From the IMG/VR virus record IMGVR_UViG_3300020045_003778, positions 1-26,423 of that record: 26,423 bases of DNA. The stretch is one strand, 5' to 3'. A program made the position numbers and the translations under genes. Below, piece after piece: positions 24,936 through 26,423 of the stretch (its first letter is position 1; every line of letters begins with the position of its first letter). This DNA comes from a virus (taxonomy: Duplodnaviria > Caudoviricetes). Under the pieces are notes generated by a model. That model had not been told where the DNA came from. It saw nothing but the letters and a program-made list of their open reading frames with translations, and searched no databases.

Positions 24936-25089
24936 CTTGTTTTTCTACTAGCGTTAGTATCTTATATGGGAACGCTGTGCTACCGTAAAGGGTATCTAAG
25001 AACCCTTTACTCGTTTCCGCTCCTTCAAGAGTTCTGTAAACTGCTAATGGCTCGCCGCGACTATCCACTAATAGGTAGTATTCTTTCAT
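24919..25089 (-). CDS. 56-aa hypothetical protein (not in ORF track)
   Basis: MKEYYLLVDSRGEPLAVYRTLEGAETSKGFLDTLYGSTAFPYKILTLVEKQDATHE; ATGA overlap with helicase stop, 17-nt overlap with next gene. Confidence 0.75.
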   Translation of the reverse strand: MKEYYLLVDSRGEPLAVYRTLEGAETSKGFLDTLYGSTAFPYKILTLVEKQDATHE

Positions 25090-26423
25090 ATGATTTCTCC
25101 TTCTTCATCATCTTCATCATCCTCATTCTCCTTGACGAAATCCGTCACGATAGTATCGTCCTTCTCGGCATCTAGTGCTGCTTGCTTCTGATCCCTAACG
25201 GTTATTTTATTCATGGGTTTATCCGTGCGTGTTAGCAAGTCGATGATATCGAATGATCTATTGGTGATCTCCGCTATGCATTTCAATTTCTCATCCAATA
25301 TGGGTGCAACATGGTATTCCTCCACAGTATCCCGCAACATGCAGATCAACTGGTCTGCATCATCAATGCTGGCCCTTCTAACTAACCTACCAAGAGCCTG
25401 CTGGAACTCCTTGCCCGAGTAGATAGGTGTGAAGATTCCCTCGCGCCTTAGTAAAGATTCTTTATTTCGATCAAAGCTAAGACCGATACCACCGCTGGCG
25501 ATAGTAGCTAGCACTATTTTAGATTCTCCATTCTGGAATTTATCTATCTCGATCTGCCGCGCGTTCTGTGATTGCTTACCCACCAAGCGTAGTTCTTTGA
25601 GGCGATTATGCCGATAACTTTGCTCTTCCACCGATTCACTATGCTCATGCTGGTCTTGCATGTAGCGTAGCGTGATGCGTATCTTCTTGAGCAATCCTTT
25701 GTTCTTGATTAGCTCGCCCACATTGGGGTTCTTCAGGATGTTATCTATCTCCTCCTTGGACAGCAGATCATCTGGTTTGTATTCCTTCTTTCCGCCCCAG
25801 ATTATGGAGATTTGCTCTCGTGGGATATGATATTTATCCACCAGTTGGAATGCTACTTCCGTGATTGTCTCCTTGTAAGCAGTGAATATAGCTGTAGCTC
25901 GGGTTCCAGATTTGTAGTTGTTGGCTGCTCGTTCGGCCAAATCCCAGGCTCGCATTGGCTCCGCTGTCTTACGAAAGTTATTAAGCGCAATGAATACTTC
26001 GAATCTACCCCACATGGTGTTCTTCCCCGACTTGGCGCACGCCTCAATATACCTTTGTTGAGCGGTATCGTAGATGACTTTATGTTCAGGTTTTCTAAAG
26101 TCGACGAGCCAAACTGTATTGATAGCTTTGTGCTTAGGTTTGACATAAGGGAAACTTATTATGTTGTTACTCAGAATAGAACGCAACCTTTTAAGTGCTT
26201 CTCTATTAGGTTTATCTGGCCGTGGATCAACAAGTTGTGCGAACTGCTTGAATGTGTCCTCATTGACATGCGTGCCCATGAATACTTTGTTCGCCATCAT
26301 GGTGAATAGCCACGCATCGTTGACTTTCTCCATAGGAGTGGCGGACATAGTGAGGAAGTGTTTCTTAACCTTATCATTCATCAGATAGAACGTGGCTCTA
26401 GTCCTCCATGTGTACTTCTTCCC
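25086..26423 (-). CDS. Superfamily 2 helicase, 5' truncated by window edge
   Basis: Frame open to base 26423; motif III MSATP, motif V SGGIGLSF, motif VI QALGRLVR; acidic C-terminal tail; motifs I and II would lie outside the window. Confidence 0.85.
   Translation of the reverse strand, partial: GKKYTWRTRATFYLMNDKVKKHFLTMSATPMEKVNDAWLFTMMANKVFMGTHVNEDTFKQFAQLVDPRPDKPNREALKRLRSILSNNIISFPYVKPKHKAINTVWLVDFRKPEHKVIYDTAQQRYIEACAKSGKNTMWGRFEVFIALNNFRKTAEPMRAWDLAERAANNYKSGTRATAIFTAYKETITEVAFQLVDKYHIPREQISIIWGGKKEYKPDDLLSKEEIDNILKNPNVGELIKNKGLLKKIRITLRYMQDQHEHSESVEEQSYRHNRLKELRLVGKQSQNARQIEIDKFQNGESKIVLATIASGGIGLSFDRNKESLLRREGIFTPIYSGKEFQQALGRLVRRASIDDADQLICMLRDTVEEYHVAPILDEKLKCIAEITNRSFDIIDLLTRTDKPMNKITVRDQKQAALDAEKDDTIVTDFVKENEDDEDDEEGEII

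Larger units (their letters stand above)
1..26423. mobile_element. Tailed phage (podovirus-like) genome segment: virion arm (+) converging on replication arm (-)
   Basis: Very dense, overlapping genes; adaptor-nozzle-GNAT-ejection protein order typical of short-tailed phages; PolA, ligase, Sak4-like ATPase, SSB, Cas4-like nuclease and helicase; no host housekeeping genes; no integrase or att site in the window. Confidence 0.93.

Noticed and set aside
1-26423. Alternative genetic code, tRNA genes or a diversity-generating retroelement
   Set aside because: Genes tile the window under the standard code using all three stops; intergenic gaps are too small for RNA genes; no reverse transcriptase or long near-identical repeat pair seen

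Overview
The window is a 26.4-kb internal segment of a tailed dsDNA phage (or prophage) with podovirus-like gene content and two convergent arms. The + strand arm (1-13438) is a tail/virion module: three fibre/spike-like genes, a putative head-tail adaptor, a nozzle-like protein with a C-terminal degenerate metallophosphoesterase domain, a small GNAT-like protein and three probable ejection proteins, the last of 1687 aa. The - strand arm (13428-26423) is a tightly coupled early/replication module. It encodes an SF2 helicase (cut by the window edge), a sigma-54 enhancer-binding-type AAA+ protein lacking sensor and HTH domains, a Cas4-like PD-(D/E)XK nuclease, a Sak4-like ATPase with a DUF669-like SSB, an AP2-domain protein, an ATP-dependent ligase, a DUF3987-like AAA+ protein and a MazG-like pyrophosphatase. 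Main oddities: (1) a family A DNA polymerase cleanly split into two separately translated genes with a ligase and small ORFs between them; (2) the phage-borne, domain-stripped sigma-54 activator; (3) a phosphoesterase pseudo-enzyme fused to the nozzle; (4) a fibre-like protein with a signal peptide; (5) three small ORFs missed by the ORF track, namely a 36-aa C2H2 zinc finger and two apparent paralogues. All family assignments come from motif recognition by eye; no database searches were run.
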